NCBI GenBank assembly: GCA_030141605.1
Contig: JAQGDQ010000198.1
Coordinates: 248,001 to 312,000 of the forward strand
Direction: 5' to 3'
DNA length: 64,000 bases
From: Tubiluchus corallicola
Taxonomy: Eukaryota > Animalia > Priapulida
The translations under genes and the position numbers were made by a program. Of this stretch, positions 25,621-39,610 are shown in pieces. The notes under the pieces were generated by a model. The model worked only from the letters and a program-made list of their open reading frames with translations. It was not told the origin of the DNA and did no database searches. Positions within the stretch are counted from its first letter, which is position 1. Each line of letters starts with the position of its first letter.

Positions 25621-28600
25621 GCATTTTAAGAAGCCACTGATATTATATTGTCCAGAGAAGCACACAAATGTAGCCAATTAATAGAAAATGTAATTAATAC
25701 TTTGCTGTTTGGGCTCTTTAATAACTCATATTACTATGCAGCTTCATTGACAAATTATGTAACAAAAATTTAATGAACTGTTTATACTTTATGCTTTCAT
25801 ACGTTTTATTAACATTATAAAATTAAAATAGATGTAAATCTAATTACAATATTTTCAATTATATAGATAAATCTAAAATGCCTGTATAATCTGATATATT
25901 ATACCTAATATGAATTTTTAAGTTTCAGCGTGTTGATCATTGTGTTCTTATTGAGCAAATTGAATTCTGCTTATGAATGACAAATAATCATTTAATTAGA
26001 ATGTCAAGTTTAAATTAGCTGTATTAGTTGTACCTTAATTCACGTCTTTAATAAAGGAACATGAAACCCTGGCATGTGAAGTACAAATAAACGATTTTCA
26101 AGTAAAGTTTAATTTAACTGTAGCCTAAAATCCCTGCGGCTCTGACACTGTGTTAAACCAGTTTCAATAAATTAAATTATTGGGTGGTTTAAATTTCTAA
26201 ATGCAGCACATTCGTATGTTTTGGTGTTAATGCACTTCTCAGCTGAAATAAGCTGACGAGGTATTATGATGTATGAATTTATGATGCTAGTTTTGCTAAT
26301 ACACTGTATTAAACAAAATATTTTATGTACTTGGTTTATGTAGCCTCCGGATTACGTATGCGCTATGTGGAATAGATAAAATCGGTCTATAATTTTTCAG
26401 ATTTGTGTTATGCGTTATTTTTTCTGCAGCTATTTCCTATTGTCCTATTGATTTTTTTTTATTCCACTGGTGGATAAGGCATTCCGGATGCTAGGTAAAT
26501 TCCACTTTAGTGAGGTGGCTCTATTTTTTGTTGGAATTTGGCATCTGCATTACTATAGACAAAAAATCGTTGCCGCAAATAACCGAATGAGTTATGAACC
26601 CCCCCCCCCTTTAATAGCCGAAGTTTATTGAGTAGGGAAGGTCCTAGACATTTCATTTATTTCACATTTAGTGCTTTAAAAGGAGTATTCATCTCTTCCT
26701 GTGCGAAAAGATTTAAACATAAACTGTGTTATGCACCCCAGGGACAAACTGATCAGCCTTCATGCCTACGTGGTACTGTGCTGCACTGTGTAGCATATAA
26801 TTACTATATTATATACTGAGCTGTAAGGATCAAAATTATGTGAAGTAAATTAATGAAGTCTGTTTGGCCTTGCTAACATAATTGACATGAGTTGGCTGGG
26901 TTTCTATTTCGGTGCCGCAGTGTACTAAACGTATTATTCTCTGAACCTCTGATAATATTCCTTTTTTTGGAAAATAAGAGTACTTTTAAATCTAAATTTA
27001 GTGAAGCGAGAGATGATGACTGGTGTTGACAATTCCTCAATTCACAGATCTTCTTTTAACATAAGATCATATCGCTAAATATCATGATGAATAAAAAACC
27101 TGCAAACCAAAGGGTTTGTGCTGGTCAGTGATTAATAATGCTCTCGACAGCAAGAGTATCATAATTAATTAGTTACCCTAGACTTCAGGAAATTTCAGAC
27201 TCCAAATTAATCAGAAATATAAAAAATAATTTAATTAGTTAGAATCACTATGGCTAGAGATTCTAACTAATTAATATAATCTAACTAATTATATAATATT
27301 CTAACCCTTAGATATAGGGGAGGAACATGGACTACTTTGAACATTACCCGTCTTTCAAGTTTAGCATCAAAATTTAATTAATTATGGGTTTGTACCATCA
27401 CATAAGTGCACAACGCGAAAAACTTTTACAGAAACCTAACTTTGAAAACATTTGTTAGAATAAGTCTAGACATTTTTCTGAAAAATGTGCAAGTTTTATA
27501 TCATATTCTTTAGTTTGCCCCCCAAACTTTCAAAAATTGACAGGTACGTAAAAACCATGGTCAAAAACTTATAGCTTCGCCCTGATCAAGATCGAAGATA
27601 ATTGATGGTAAGAAAATTTAAAACATTGAGCTTTCAAATTTTATTGCCTATGAAGTATTAGTAGGACGGCCATGATTATCTGACGTTGATAATGTAGCAC
27701 TTTTAAATGCTACTGCATGTCGTTATTATATACAGCTCATTGAGCTTAAGGAAAATTAAAAACCTCACCTCTCAGTTTATAAATAGTGGCCCTAAACTAA
27801 TTAAACTTATCTGCTGATTAAACTAATTAAAATATACTGATCAAAGTGGAATGACGGCATCAGGGTGAAATCAATTTGTAATAGCCAGCCCAAGTGTTTA
27901 TGCATATAAAATTAATCGTCAATAGTTATTAGAAAGGAATAACTCAGGAAAATCCATTGATGTTCCTGACTTCGATCAGTGTAAGCAAATTAAATAAAAT
28001 TTGTGAAGGCTTCTTTAGGGAAAGGTTTGTGACAGTGTCAAGAATACTAGACACCTTAAGCTTCAGCGGTATTTAGACCTAAACCCCTTTAAATGATTAA
28101 ACATTAGTTCCATTTTATTGAATACTGTATAGTGTATAATAGTCTGTTTTTGGCTTCCTGTGATGGGTTGTCACAGAATCAGAACAGCTGCGATGTAACT
28201 CGGGCTAGTGTAATGTTTTGACAAATTATGTAAATGACGTGGCGATCCTGGCGGAGACTGTAAATATAGTAACAATAGCGACACATTTTTTAAACAAATT
28301 GATGTAATGTCTTGGTCAAATTTTAATGTCTATTTTTATGAAGTATCATAACTCTGTGTTAGCTGTGGAAACGGTGGTTTTCTGCTGAGTATTTAATATT
28401 GTTCTTTGTGTTTCAGGCTATTTACAGGCACCTGATTAGTATCTGAATCAGCATTCTTCAGGAAATCCATTTAGAATACTGCCATCCTGTCACACTGGTT
28501 CACATTTTGGTTGTTTTCGGTTTGTAGCAGGAATTTTGTTGAGGATTTTTCCAAACACAAGCACGCATCAAGTAATTCTGCAACTTTTGTCAAATATCAA

Positions 28601-31600
28601 CCATACCTGCAATATACCAGTTGTGTAAGTACATTTCCAATGCATGTGATGTATAAAAATTAATAAAAGTTATTTGCAAAGCCTTTTGCATCTTCAGTTT
28701 TAAGAATCATGGCAACTATATTACCAAGTAAAACCTACAGTGGTTAGATTATTCGAATATGTTTGACGTTTTGAGCAGAGTGTTGTTGAATTTTAATACA
28801 AGTGCATCTATCCATCTTTTTCTCAACTCGAATATTAATTTATGTCAGTATCGCTTTACATGTATATGAGTAGATAACTTCGAAAATACGTGGGTGATGT
28901 ATGTCCAAAATGAAAAGAAAATATGTATTAACAACCGTTTGTGAATTCAACTCAAGCCCTGCAATGTTGCTAAACAAAAATATTGTCTTCTGTAGTGCAG
29001 CGCACAACAAAGTTGTAAAAGCGTGTGTGAAACCTGCACTTTTCTAACGATTAAAGACCAACAAGGAATGCTGAAGCGTGACTTTTGTCATTATGTCCAA
29101 TGAAAGTCTTTAGACATTGTAGTCTAGCTCTAAAATTTTACAAAAGGCTATAAATTTCCTAAAGGTACTAAGCAAAAGTGGTTATTTTTGGTGCTGCCAG
29201 AATTGTGAAAATGTCGGGTGTCATTTGGGAGAATGCAGGTTGCAATATTAAAATCAGCTTTTCTCATTTCAACTTCAGAAAAGTTCCACTTTTTCCAAAT
29301 TAAGTTCTCTGCAATGAACATAAAAAATTAGCAAAGCAACTGGAGCGCAAGCCGCAAATATATGTGCTTGCACAATTAGTGTATTACATACATATATAAA
29401 ATGGCAGTATATATATATATATATATATCAAATGAATGCTAGTAATTAAACTTATAAAGTGATTAATAAAAAATTGTAAAGGTCAAGTGTGGTGGAATGA
29501 TCAGCATTGATCCTTGATTTCTTGTACATTTCTTGATGTGACAAGTCCTTTACGATTGGTTATATGAATAAAATTAAGATGAAAACAGTCATATTCTTTT
29601 TGTGAACCAAATTGTAAAATCGATTTTGGAATGTTTATTCATTTAAACTCTCTCATCAGTGGCAGGACATTTTTTTAGATTTTGTGCTTTAGAGTTGATA
29701 ACATTGTACAGAAAATAGCGTTTCCTTAACATTAATTGTAAGCTACCTTTACAATAAAAAATTGTAAAATTTGTATGACTTGTAAGTGTATTTACTGCTA
29801 GATAATAGTTTCTGAAAACTTAAAAAAAATTTACATGTGTTGCTGTTTCAGGTTGGAATAGTTGCAGACAGAGTAGTAAAAGTGTACAACACTGGGCATT
29901 CGTGCTAAAACGTGAGGTCGTAACATGCACTTTGCTGCAAATATAACGTTGCCACGTGAACAACCAAAGCAACAAATGCCTAAAATGTGAAATTGTGTGC
30001 AGAACTTTAAAGAGCTGACTGTGATTACTGTAACTTTCACTGTTGTTTTCAACAAAATACCTGTCACAAACAATTACTGTTACTATAGATGTTTATGGTA
30101 TTTTCTGATTTTAACGTTTTTCAGCCAAGTTACAACTGGCAGATTCGTTTTTTCCGAGTCATAGTTTTTACTATTGCATTAGATAATGAAAAAATTATAA
30201 TCAAATTTTCATTTAAATATTTGTATTGTATTATTGGTGCTAGCTGAGTCCAATGTTTGTGCATCTAACAGCACCAGTTGGACTTGCTGAGTTGTAGGAT
30301 TGTGAGATACTTTCAAGTGCATAAACAATCTTGTACTTCTGATGATGGCTAGCATAATGTGAATCATTACAGTGTGTGTGTAGTTGAATCATACGTTAGT
30401 AACTCATTTATTACTATTACTTGATTTCATATTCTCATTTTGTATTTTCTTTAACTCAGTTTTATTTCATTGTTTGTTATCTTGTTTAACAAAATATAAA
30501 CTAACAAAATGATGCTTTCAAATACTGTATGTTAATAATTAGCATGTGCGTAAGTGATGCATGCACAATGGTGTTATGTAAGATTTAGTCATTATTATTA
30601 TATCTTGTACATAGATCATGTTTAAATTGTTATTGTATTTTTGATTTAAAAGTTGTGCATCATTTATGTTTGCATAACTGAGATGCTCATAACTTGTGCA
30701 TCAAATGAGTGTATTATGAAAACCGGGATAAATTTCATTTATTTTTGTGAGAAGTTAGAGATAGTATGCCTGTAAATAGCTTTAGAAGATATAATATGCA
30801 CATGACTGTATTATATATAGGTATTGTGAAACTTTTGATTACATTGTTGCTCAAACATGTTTTTGTGTTATTATAATCCACATTGCAACTCTCGATTAAA
30901 TGTTGTTTGCTAATCAGTTAGAGGGGTATTGTACAGATCTATGTTAAATTTTGAATTCGTTGTCAATGATGTTTGGTGAACAAGCTGTTTATACTGCGCA
31001 CTGGCAGTTGATTTTGGGATGCTTTGTGATTTTATTGAACTGACATATTAAGAGCGTATGAGGTGCCAAATATGTGTTAATACTTACAAAGGTATCCCAG
31101 TTTTGTGGCAAATTGCAAGCTTGTTTGTGGTTGTATATTGTTTACTTGTTTGAAATTTGTGAGCTTAGTTTGCAATCAGTTTATGTACATAGTATTATGA
31201 TATCCGCTACCTGAGTGCATCACTTTTACGACATTCTTTGACTAACATTTAAACATTTACTATCAAAATGTAATGTAATATAATTATTTTGTGTGGTTGA
31301 ATGTAGTGAGGGCGTGAAAAAAGTTGTGGTAAATAAATTTTTGTAACTATTTGAAAATTATTTGGTATTGTGCATTTGATCAATCAGTTTACGTATACAA
31401 ATTTGTGATGAAGAGCTTAAACTTGCAAAAGGTTTTACTTCTTCTTTTATTCAAATTGATTATCGATGCACTGGCAACCGTGCGGTATGTTGCAGAAAAG
31501 ACCATTACCATGAAATTGGTTCATAACATTTTCACAAATAAACTCTTCTACTGTTCATGCGTAATGCACATCAAAAATCAGTGTGATAGTTGACAAAATC

Positions 31601-31738
31601 TAATTGTCTTTCACTCTATTTGCTCAATATCAAACTACACTCACTATTTTGCAAAGATATACCTTATACTAATAATTCATTTTACTCTCACTTAGACACA
31701 AAGAATGATTTGCAAAATATTTTTATGTAGACTCAAGT

Positions 31739-32098
31739 CAGGGCTGGATTACCCTATTGGCTAGTATAGGCTGCAGCCTAGGGCCCATACTTACATTGAT
31801 GACTTTGAAAAAGGAGGCCAGGAAATCTTCAAAATCCTATTTTAACGTGGCTCCTTGAAATATAGGATCTCTGTTTGAAAACTTATTTGATACAAAAGGC
31901 CCTTGTTTGAGGCCCTTTATTTAAGATAAGGCCCCCTCTTTGAAGCCCTTTATTTGAAACATGGGTCCCAGCTGTGCAAAATGTTGCTAAAATATATCAC
32001 AAGCAAAAAATATTCGAGACGAGTGCGAGCAAATTAGAAGGTGGTGGCTTCATAATTCCATTGGGTTAGGGGCCCCAACAGATCATAATCTGGCCCTG
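31739..32098. mobile_element. hAT-type MITE
   Basis: TIRs cagggctggatta and taatctggccctg. Degenerate 8-bp flanks gactcaag/ggctcaac. Confidence 0.7.
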
Positions 32099-34029
32099 GG
32101 CTCAACATCTCCGACAAATATCAGTCAAAAAAGATGCCCCAATTGAGCTACAAGTAATGTGCGAACTTATCAATTGTGTAAAACTATTCATAGTTGTAAA
32201 CGAGCAGAAGCTAGCAGGTGCCTGTTTTGAGTTTTCTGATTAGTACGTCCAAATATTTTAGTGTGCAAGTAGCACATCGATAACGACGTCACATTTCTGC
32301 TATTCCTGTTGCGAAAGTTGACAACGGGCAAACGCAACAATAACAGGCAATGTAAATACAGAACATAAATGTTTTGCGCAGGTATGCAATGCTGTACTTC
32401 AGGAATCTAGGCCTGTTGCCAATATAGTAACAGCTAACAGTTTAAGATCGATAACACACCATTTGCAAGGTGACGTAGAAGATAATATTAAATAAGCAGA
32501 GTGGCTGTAATGTTTACAACCTCGGTATGCGTAAATAAGATCAAAATAACTGTAAAATAAATAATTTCATTATTGTTCTATACCTAATTTACAAATAATT
32601 GTTAATGCAATTAATTTACACAAACAAATTCAACCAGTACAGGCTTCATTTGTACACAATTATATTTCATGCAAACCAACTTTGCTGCAAAAACCTAGGG
32701 GATGCGTCCGGAGCTTATACTGTACTGCTTTGGGGCTCGCAGTACAATACAGTTTACACAATCATGCTATATACAGTACTATATTTTTCTAATGCAGTAT
32801 TAAATCTTAGACCTAAACCTGCTAAAATTGAGCAAACATTGACTTTATAATGGAAAGCCGGAAAGTCCAGTTTTTGTGTTGTTTTTGTCCTGCATAATTT
32901 AATGAAAACACTGCAGGGAATCTAGAAAGGGAAGTGGGCCGGTACAGCAGGGTACTGTATCTGAAATCGCTTTGCGCGTTGGGTAACACGAACTGCAGTT
33001 TCAGTTTCCTCATTCTATCAAAACATCACATATGCAATTGTGCACCGTGCACGAACTGTGACTTGGCAAACTTGTTACGAAGAGCTTAATAATATTGTTA
33101 AATATTAATATGCGGTAGAAAAGATAAAATAACTAGATTATTTCTTAATTAATGGAACGCTTAAATTATGTTGAATGAAATCTTTTGACATGTGTCTGAA
33201 TTGCATCATCACAAATGTGAGCGAGTTACTGATATAATGATTAAGGCAAGTAAAGGAGTACAAGCCCTGGCAATGCTGGTTTCGTACTTTAGGGTTCTAA
33301 ATGCAAATGTAAAAACCATTTATATTGACTGCAGAACAGACACCCGTGCGCTTTACCTCTCTTCAAAAACTGAAAAATCGTACCCGATAGCTTAATTTCT
33401 AACTTGCATAGGTGGACACTAAACTTTTCTACTATAGGATTACAATACATCGTTAGCGTTATGGAACTGATATCATTTTTATATATAAAACTGCGCATTA
33501 TGATTTCGTCAATAATATGTAAACTAGCGGGTGTTACTGTAAACGGAACCATGTACACGCTGTACAACGGATGGACGTTAACCATTTTTATCCAAACATG
33601 TATGAATCAATAATAAAATATCCGTTTATAATAACTTAAAAAGAATTTCAGCCTTTCAATGTATATGACTTGAAAGAAGCACACTAAAATCTCAAAAAAG
33701 TTCAATGGATTTTAGCATCAGTGAAAATTCCATAATAAAGAGTCACAAAAATCAAAAATATGTATCACTAGCAAACAAAAATCAGAATAAGGTTTAAGTT
33801 TTGCGATGTAGAGATTTCTTGTATGGTTTTCTTATGCGCCTCCCGGACACCAATTTTCAATGTGAAATTGAGACAAAATGGGAATTCGTTTGAATTTCTT
33901 CAAATAGATGGCGCTGACGCAAATTTCACGCACGCGCCGTAGATTCGCCACACCGCTACATTTGAAATGCGTTTGTGACAAATTATTTACATTTGGTGTG
34001 AATTTTTACCATTTTTTCGAGAGAGAAAC

Positions 34030-37000
34030 ATGAGAACTCGACAGCAAACGGTAAGCAAATTTATTTCCGACTTTCTAACACGCAATAGCGGGCCAGCGCT
34101 CCATAAATGCGAACAGTATGAGCGCTTCGGTACAGTAGCCCAATAATATTTTTTTATCATTAAAGTTTGTCGCCGAGTTAAATTATTTTGACTGTTAATA
34201 CGTTAACAAAACGGCTCAGTTAGCACTCGAGGGTCGTTCGGCAGTGTGTTATAATAGTGAAAAAGTGAAATAATAGAGCAAAAACAATGCAAACATTGAA
34301 GTCATGTTGAGCTAGCCTAGTAGTACCAGAGAGTCAGTTTGGGAGATAAAAATTGATGAGCCACTAACATAACTCGTGTGCACTTGTGTGAAGGTGTTGT
34401 AATTATGTATACTAAATACTATATTTTTTATAGCACGTACTGTGCGTGTTGTGCTAGACGACATAGCACAACGTGGTCAACTACAACATGTACCACCCCC
34501 GGTTGAGCCAGTTGTCGTGAGTAAGCCAAGCACGAGTCAGCTAAGGCCAGCTGGTCCTCGGGTTAGTTCTATTTTTTGTACCTCAAGTGTTCTTGCTAAT
34601 TTTTAGAAACTGCACTTTAGAAACTGACTATAGTATGACTATGTTGAATATAGTGTTTATATAATTTTAACGCTGGTTTTATTTCTCTATAGAGTCTCTT
34701 GCCTTCAGCTTGGAAAGAAGCCATACCAAAGAGGGAACAGGCCTGGGTCTCTAAGGCTGTTTTCATCATTGGACCTGGTGGTAAACGGCAGTTGAAGCCG
34801 AACATCCAGATGTGGGTTCATCCACCATAACCTCTAATGATTCATAATCAGCCACCAGCATCCACGGCTCTGTTTTTTGCAAGACCATTATTTCTTTGGA
34901 TGCCATTTCGTTTCTGGAAGGTGAGACTGCAGTGTGTAAAACCTGACTGAGTAGGCCAAATGGCTCTTTGTGGATATTAAAAGACAGTTCGCCAAGTAGT
35001 CGATGTGGATGGCACCTTTTTTCTTGCTACTGACTATCTGGAATGTAGAGTACGCCATACCAAAGTTGCAGCATGGTGCCCAGGAATACTACAACAAATC
35101 GATGTAGGCCATCGTCCGCAGTTTCCTGTGTAACATACAGGTATGCATGTAGCAAGCGTCTTCTGATGATGGATTCCACGTGTGCAGAAGGTGCTGGATT
35201 GACGGAGATGGCTGCCGGACGGATGAGACGTTACAGCGAGGCGAACCAAGATCCGCCACATCTGATGTACGTAGACAGGGATTGCTGTTCATCGACAGGA
35301 ACAAGGAGTAAGACACATGCCATGTTTCACTTGTGGAAGAACCTGATTGTTCGGCTAGATATCTTCCACTTCATTAGAAGAATAGCATCCTGTGCTCTCG
35401 AGTCTCATCCACTGTATGCACAATTCATGAGGCAAATCTCAGCAGCCATATTCGAGTGGGATGACCAAGACGTGCAAAAACTCATCGCAGCCAAACGGTC
35501 AGAGCTGGAGAAGCGGCGCATTTCACTGTCAAGTGCTAATGTCAAGAAGACAATTGACCAGACGTGAGCTAGCTCGGCACTATCGTCGTGCGACACGAGG
35601 AGTGGAGGAAACGACCCGCCTTCTAGACAGAATAATCAAAGTCTTTTCTGGAGAACAAGGCAAGGACACCATGGGCGTTCCTCTTGTCGACAGTCAGCGT
35701 ATGAGGGCAGAATGGGCTCAACAAAAACGTCATGTGAAATGTCTGCAAGATCCACCAAACTACCAGCTCTACACTCAGACAGGCACATTGAGAAAAGGAG
35801 ATGTCATCCTGCCAGTATATAGATGTGCACATGGCTCAGTATCTTTGGAGTCTTTTCATAGCCATATTGTCAACTTCATCCCAGGTATTAATTCAAATGC
35901 TTTTGTGATAAATGACACGAATTTCTTGGTTTAGCACTATTATAATATGCTTTTTTTCCAGGGCTTCTTCTTTTTGGTATTTAGTATTAATTTCTATATA
36001 TTGCAATTTCAGGAACAAGTGCGAATCAAACGCATTTCCAAGCCTACCTGTTGGAGGGTATTGTGAGATGGAACGAGGATAGGGCTGCTGCTTCAGTTAG
36101 TACCACCACGAAAATTTCTCAACGGACTTTCAGCGGTGAGTTGAAGCAGACAGTGAATGAACTGAACAGGAAGGTTTTTGGATGCAATTATGATTCTTCA
36201 TATCAAGCACCAGGAAAATACACAGGTTTGTAATATTGCATTACTTTAATTTGTGGAAAATGTTCAGTTTAACATTATTGTGCCTGATAAATTTTTTTTT
36301 ATTTTTGTCTGACTTTTATATTTATATTTTTTTATAGGTGAGCTGATAGGCGTAGAATACCTCTTCTCGCAAACCGGTAAAGTCTTGAAGCCACCTTCGT
36401 TTGACCCTGATGTGAAAGATGAAGAAGAAAATGAAGTTGACGAAGAAGACGAGGCAGTACTGGAACCTGTGGAGGACATCGAAGCTGAAGATCAAATACT
36501 AGCATCGATTAAAGATGAGCTTGATGAGTTCTTCGGTGAAGGAGAAGGAGTGGAAGTGCAACCAGAGAAAGTGCAAGAAGTGCAACTAGGTGAAGCCATA
36601 CCTTCGACTTCAACTCAACAACCAGAAGTTTTCATGGGACCATCAGGAATGGAAGGGTATTATCGAGTTCAGAACCTTGCAAACTACCTCGTTGCGATAA
36701 AAGGTTCAGCTGCACTCTCAAACTCCAAGGTGACAACCATTATTACACTGTGGAACGACCTCCATGATGTGGACAAGAGGCGGATCGACTATCCACCACG
36801 GCATAAGCCCCAGCTGATAAGGGGCCGCTTTGCACGATCCAAATCTCAAGTTGTACCTGGACAGGAGAGTGTTAAAAGGTATATTTTGTTTTATTTTATT
36901 TTATTTTTATTTCTTGTGTTTTTTCTCTTGTATTTTTTGTGTCACTTATTTCAATTGATTGAATATTTGTGTTTTTTATTCTCTAGGTGCTTTGTTGGAG

Positions 37001-37877
37001 GCAATGTGGGGCCAGCTCAGTGGCCAAGTGCAAGCAGGCTAGTTGAAGCCATCTGCCTGAAGCTGTGCGTTATCCATCCACACCCACTGAAGTCTCCAAA
37101 AACTCCAAAGTCCACGTAAGATGATTACCAGATGGAGGCTCATTCTAGAGGATTATGGCCAAATCCAGGAACTGCTGTCGTCGAATCCAAAGGTGCAAGC
37201 CCACACCACGCTGCAGCTGTTTTACATCAATCAGAAAACGCTGATCGACTGGTAAGTTTACAGTTTTATTATTGACAATTTCACTGTTTAAAAACTGTGA
37301 CTTACACTGCATTTGTATACACTATATTATTGTAACACTGTATATTGTCCTTGCAGGCTCAACAAGAAAATGAGAGCGAAAGAGCAGGACACTTGTACAG
37401 GGTATGGACCTGCCATCACAGCCATTAACATCACCGCGTCCACTTCCACCGGCGCGTCAACTTCCCGATGCACCTCCAGTTGTAGAATACCGGGAAAGGT
37501 ACACCTACGTTCTACCTCCGAATACAGCTGGTGAGGCATCTGTAAGAAAGCGGAAGTTGCCTGATGATGGTCCTGATGATGATGACAAACCACCAAAACC
37601 ACCAAGTGCGCCTCGCTCAACAGCGTACCGCCATCGTCGCATGCTAGAAGAGGGGCAAGCTCCGAAGTACAAGCGCCTGAAGGCTTTCAACTGTTGCAAG
37701 AAATGTGGCTTGGAACGGACTGCTGACACAGGCCATCGGTGTCAGCGTGGATACCTTTTTTGCCCAAATGAAGGTATCCCGTACGAGCAATGGTTGGAAG
37801 ACGTCCTTGTCCGAATATCTGCAAAGAAGAAAGCAAAAGAGGAGGAGAAGCAGAAAGACAAGGACGAAGGAGAATGA
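34030..37877 (+). pseudogene. Dada-like transposase (DUF6729-like N-terminal region), multi-exon, disrupted
   Basis: Motifs LP.AWK..IP..EQAWVSKA.F, LFLWMP.RFW, YAC, MDST, YVDRDCC, RLDIFHFIRR, YRCA.GS.SLESFH, PGTSAN..FQAYLLEG..RWN, TGELIGVEYL, and a C-terminal CKKC..H..C finger. GT-AG introns at 35885-36012, 36226-36337, 36879-36986 and 37252-37356. It has several stops, frameshifts and apparent deletions around MDST. Confidence 0.8.
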
Positions 37878-38534
37878 CCTGCACTTTAGAGCTTGCCTTT
37901 ATAGCCAACTGTTGGCTACATGTGTTTTGTGTGTCCCAGCTGATGAAAGAACTAATCGTTTTGGTGTAAAAACCCGTACCGTCTGGAATTTACAGCACGA
38001 AGGCCGCACGTTTGAGGTTGTGGAGCATACATGAAGAGTACACCTGTATACTATGTATACTTGTAAATAATTTATATATAATATTTATATATTAGCTAGC
38101 TAGTTCAGTTGTAAACATTGTATTGTATTTGTATTGTATTGTTTTATATTTTGTATTATTTTTTGCTGTGCACAGTTTTTTGGGTTTTTTTTTAATATTT
38201 TTTTCTGCCCCTACCAAACCAACTACCAACACTACTAACTATAGCTCATTTTCATTCCCTTCCCATCCATGCAGTTTTTATTTATTTTTCTGCCATGCTG
38301 TGAACTGTATGACTTGTATATCTGTATTTTTTCTGCACTGTGTTCTTTAAATTATATGGTTAGTGCAGTTTTTTTTGCTTAAACATCTATTTTTTCTGCA
38401 CTGTATTCTTTTCAACATGTAATTTTGACTGTAATGTTTGTGATATATTATATTGTGATTGTGATTGTGATTCTAACAAGAAGTGCAGTTTTTTTGCTTA
38501 AACCTGTATATCATCTGTATTTTTTTCTGCACTG

Positions 38535-39027
38535 TATTTTGACTGTAATGTTTCTGTAATTTGTGGTTTTCCTGTCTATCTTGTTCTATCAGATAATAAA
38601 ATAGAATAGTAAAATAGAGTAATAAAATAAAATAATAATAAAATGGAAAATAAAAATAAAATCAGTAGTATAGTTATAAAAACGTTTAAAACCTTAAAAA
38701 TAAAACCTTATAACCTTACAATCTTGTTTTCTTGTCTATATTGGAATTGATTTTGCTGAATAAATAAATTATACACAGTATATAAAGTGCGAAATAACAC
38801 CAGAAACTGATTTTGACTGTAATGTTTCTGTAATTTGTGGTTTTCCTGTCTATCTTGTTCTATCAGATAATAAAATAAAATCAGTAGTATAGTTATAAAA
38901 ATGTTTAAAACCTTAAAAATAAAACCTTATAACCTTACAATCTTGTTTTCTTGTCTATATTGCAATTGATTTTGCAGAATAAATAAATAATACACAGTAT
39001 ATAAAGTGCCAAATAACACCAGAAACT
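38535..39027. repeat. ~215-270-bp tandem duplication in the transposon 3' region
   Basis: attttgactgtaatgtttctgtaatttgtggttttcc...aaataacaccagaaact occurs twice. Confidence 0.85.
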
Positions 39028-39463
39028 TGTGAAAAGTAGTTTATACACGTTCAATTATGCATTCAAACAATTACAACTGAATTAAAACATTACATTACGT
39101 TGAATGAGTTGCAAAGCACAAATTGTGAAAAATGAATTACTGTGAGAATTTCCACATAAACAGGTATTCAATGCATCTACTAATCGTACGAAAAGTTATA
39201 CTATTGCTTATGCTCAATAAATTATCTTCGTCTGCTGACACGCCAGTGCTGTGACGAGGGGCCCCAGGTTCGCACACCGCTGCAGCATAACTTTTTCACC
39301 TCGCACAAAAGTGGCGCGATTTCAACGCGCGTACGCGACGAAGGAAGGCCCGAGCATTAAGTTCCACCAGTTTCGGCTCGAATCCGCGCGAAAAAAAATT
39401 TACCTCGGCGGGACGCGAACCCGCGACCCTTTGCGTGCGACAGAGAAGATTGGGCGGGTGCCT

Positions 39464-39610
39464 ACTCGCTATTACGTGGACGATGATTATAATGATGATC
39501 ACTATGGCAACGGTTACTACAGACGCGGTTACTATCATATTACCGTCCAAGTTATTACGGAGGAAATCGTTACTATGGCGGCGACTACTACTACTAAACT
39601 TTAAGACCAG
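39464..39610 (+). pseudogene. Truncated, frameshifted exon of a Tyr/Asp/Arg/Gly-rich protein (paralog of 45619-48481)
   Basis: TRYYVDDDYNDDHYGNGYYRRGYYH, a frame change, then YRPSYYGGNRYYGGDYYY*. It shares the YRPSYY motif and has a donor CAG|GTAAAT at 39611. Confidence 0.7.

Larger units (their letters stand above)
33835..39463 (+). mobile_element. Degenerate Dada-superfamily (Dada-U6-like) DNA transposon; left end uncertain
   Basis: Contains a spliced DDE transposase with a DxxH motif (next entry). The right subterminal CAGAGAAGA at 39441-39449 lies 14 nt from a CCT end, as recalled for Dada-U6. There is an abrupt switch to a host-like exon at 39464. Confidence 0.7.

Noticed and set aside
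30240-30300. Hairpin with a miR-29-like agcacca
   Set aside because: Only the seed resembles miR-29 and the stem pairing is weak.
39391-39470. Intact tRNA or U6 gene
   Set aside because: Only a tRNA-like 3' half and a 12-nt U6 match are present. There is no D-arm, acceptor 5' strand or remaining U6 sequence.
39251-39604. ORF fusing the transposon end to the Tyr/Asp exon
   Set aside because: GTG start, no signal peptide, and a frameshift in the host part. It is most likely a chance in-frame junction.
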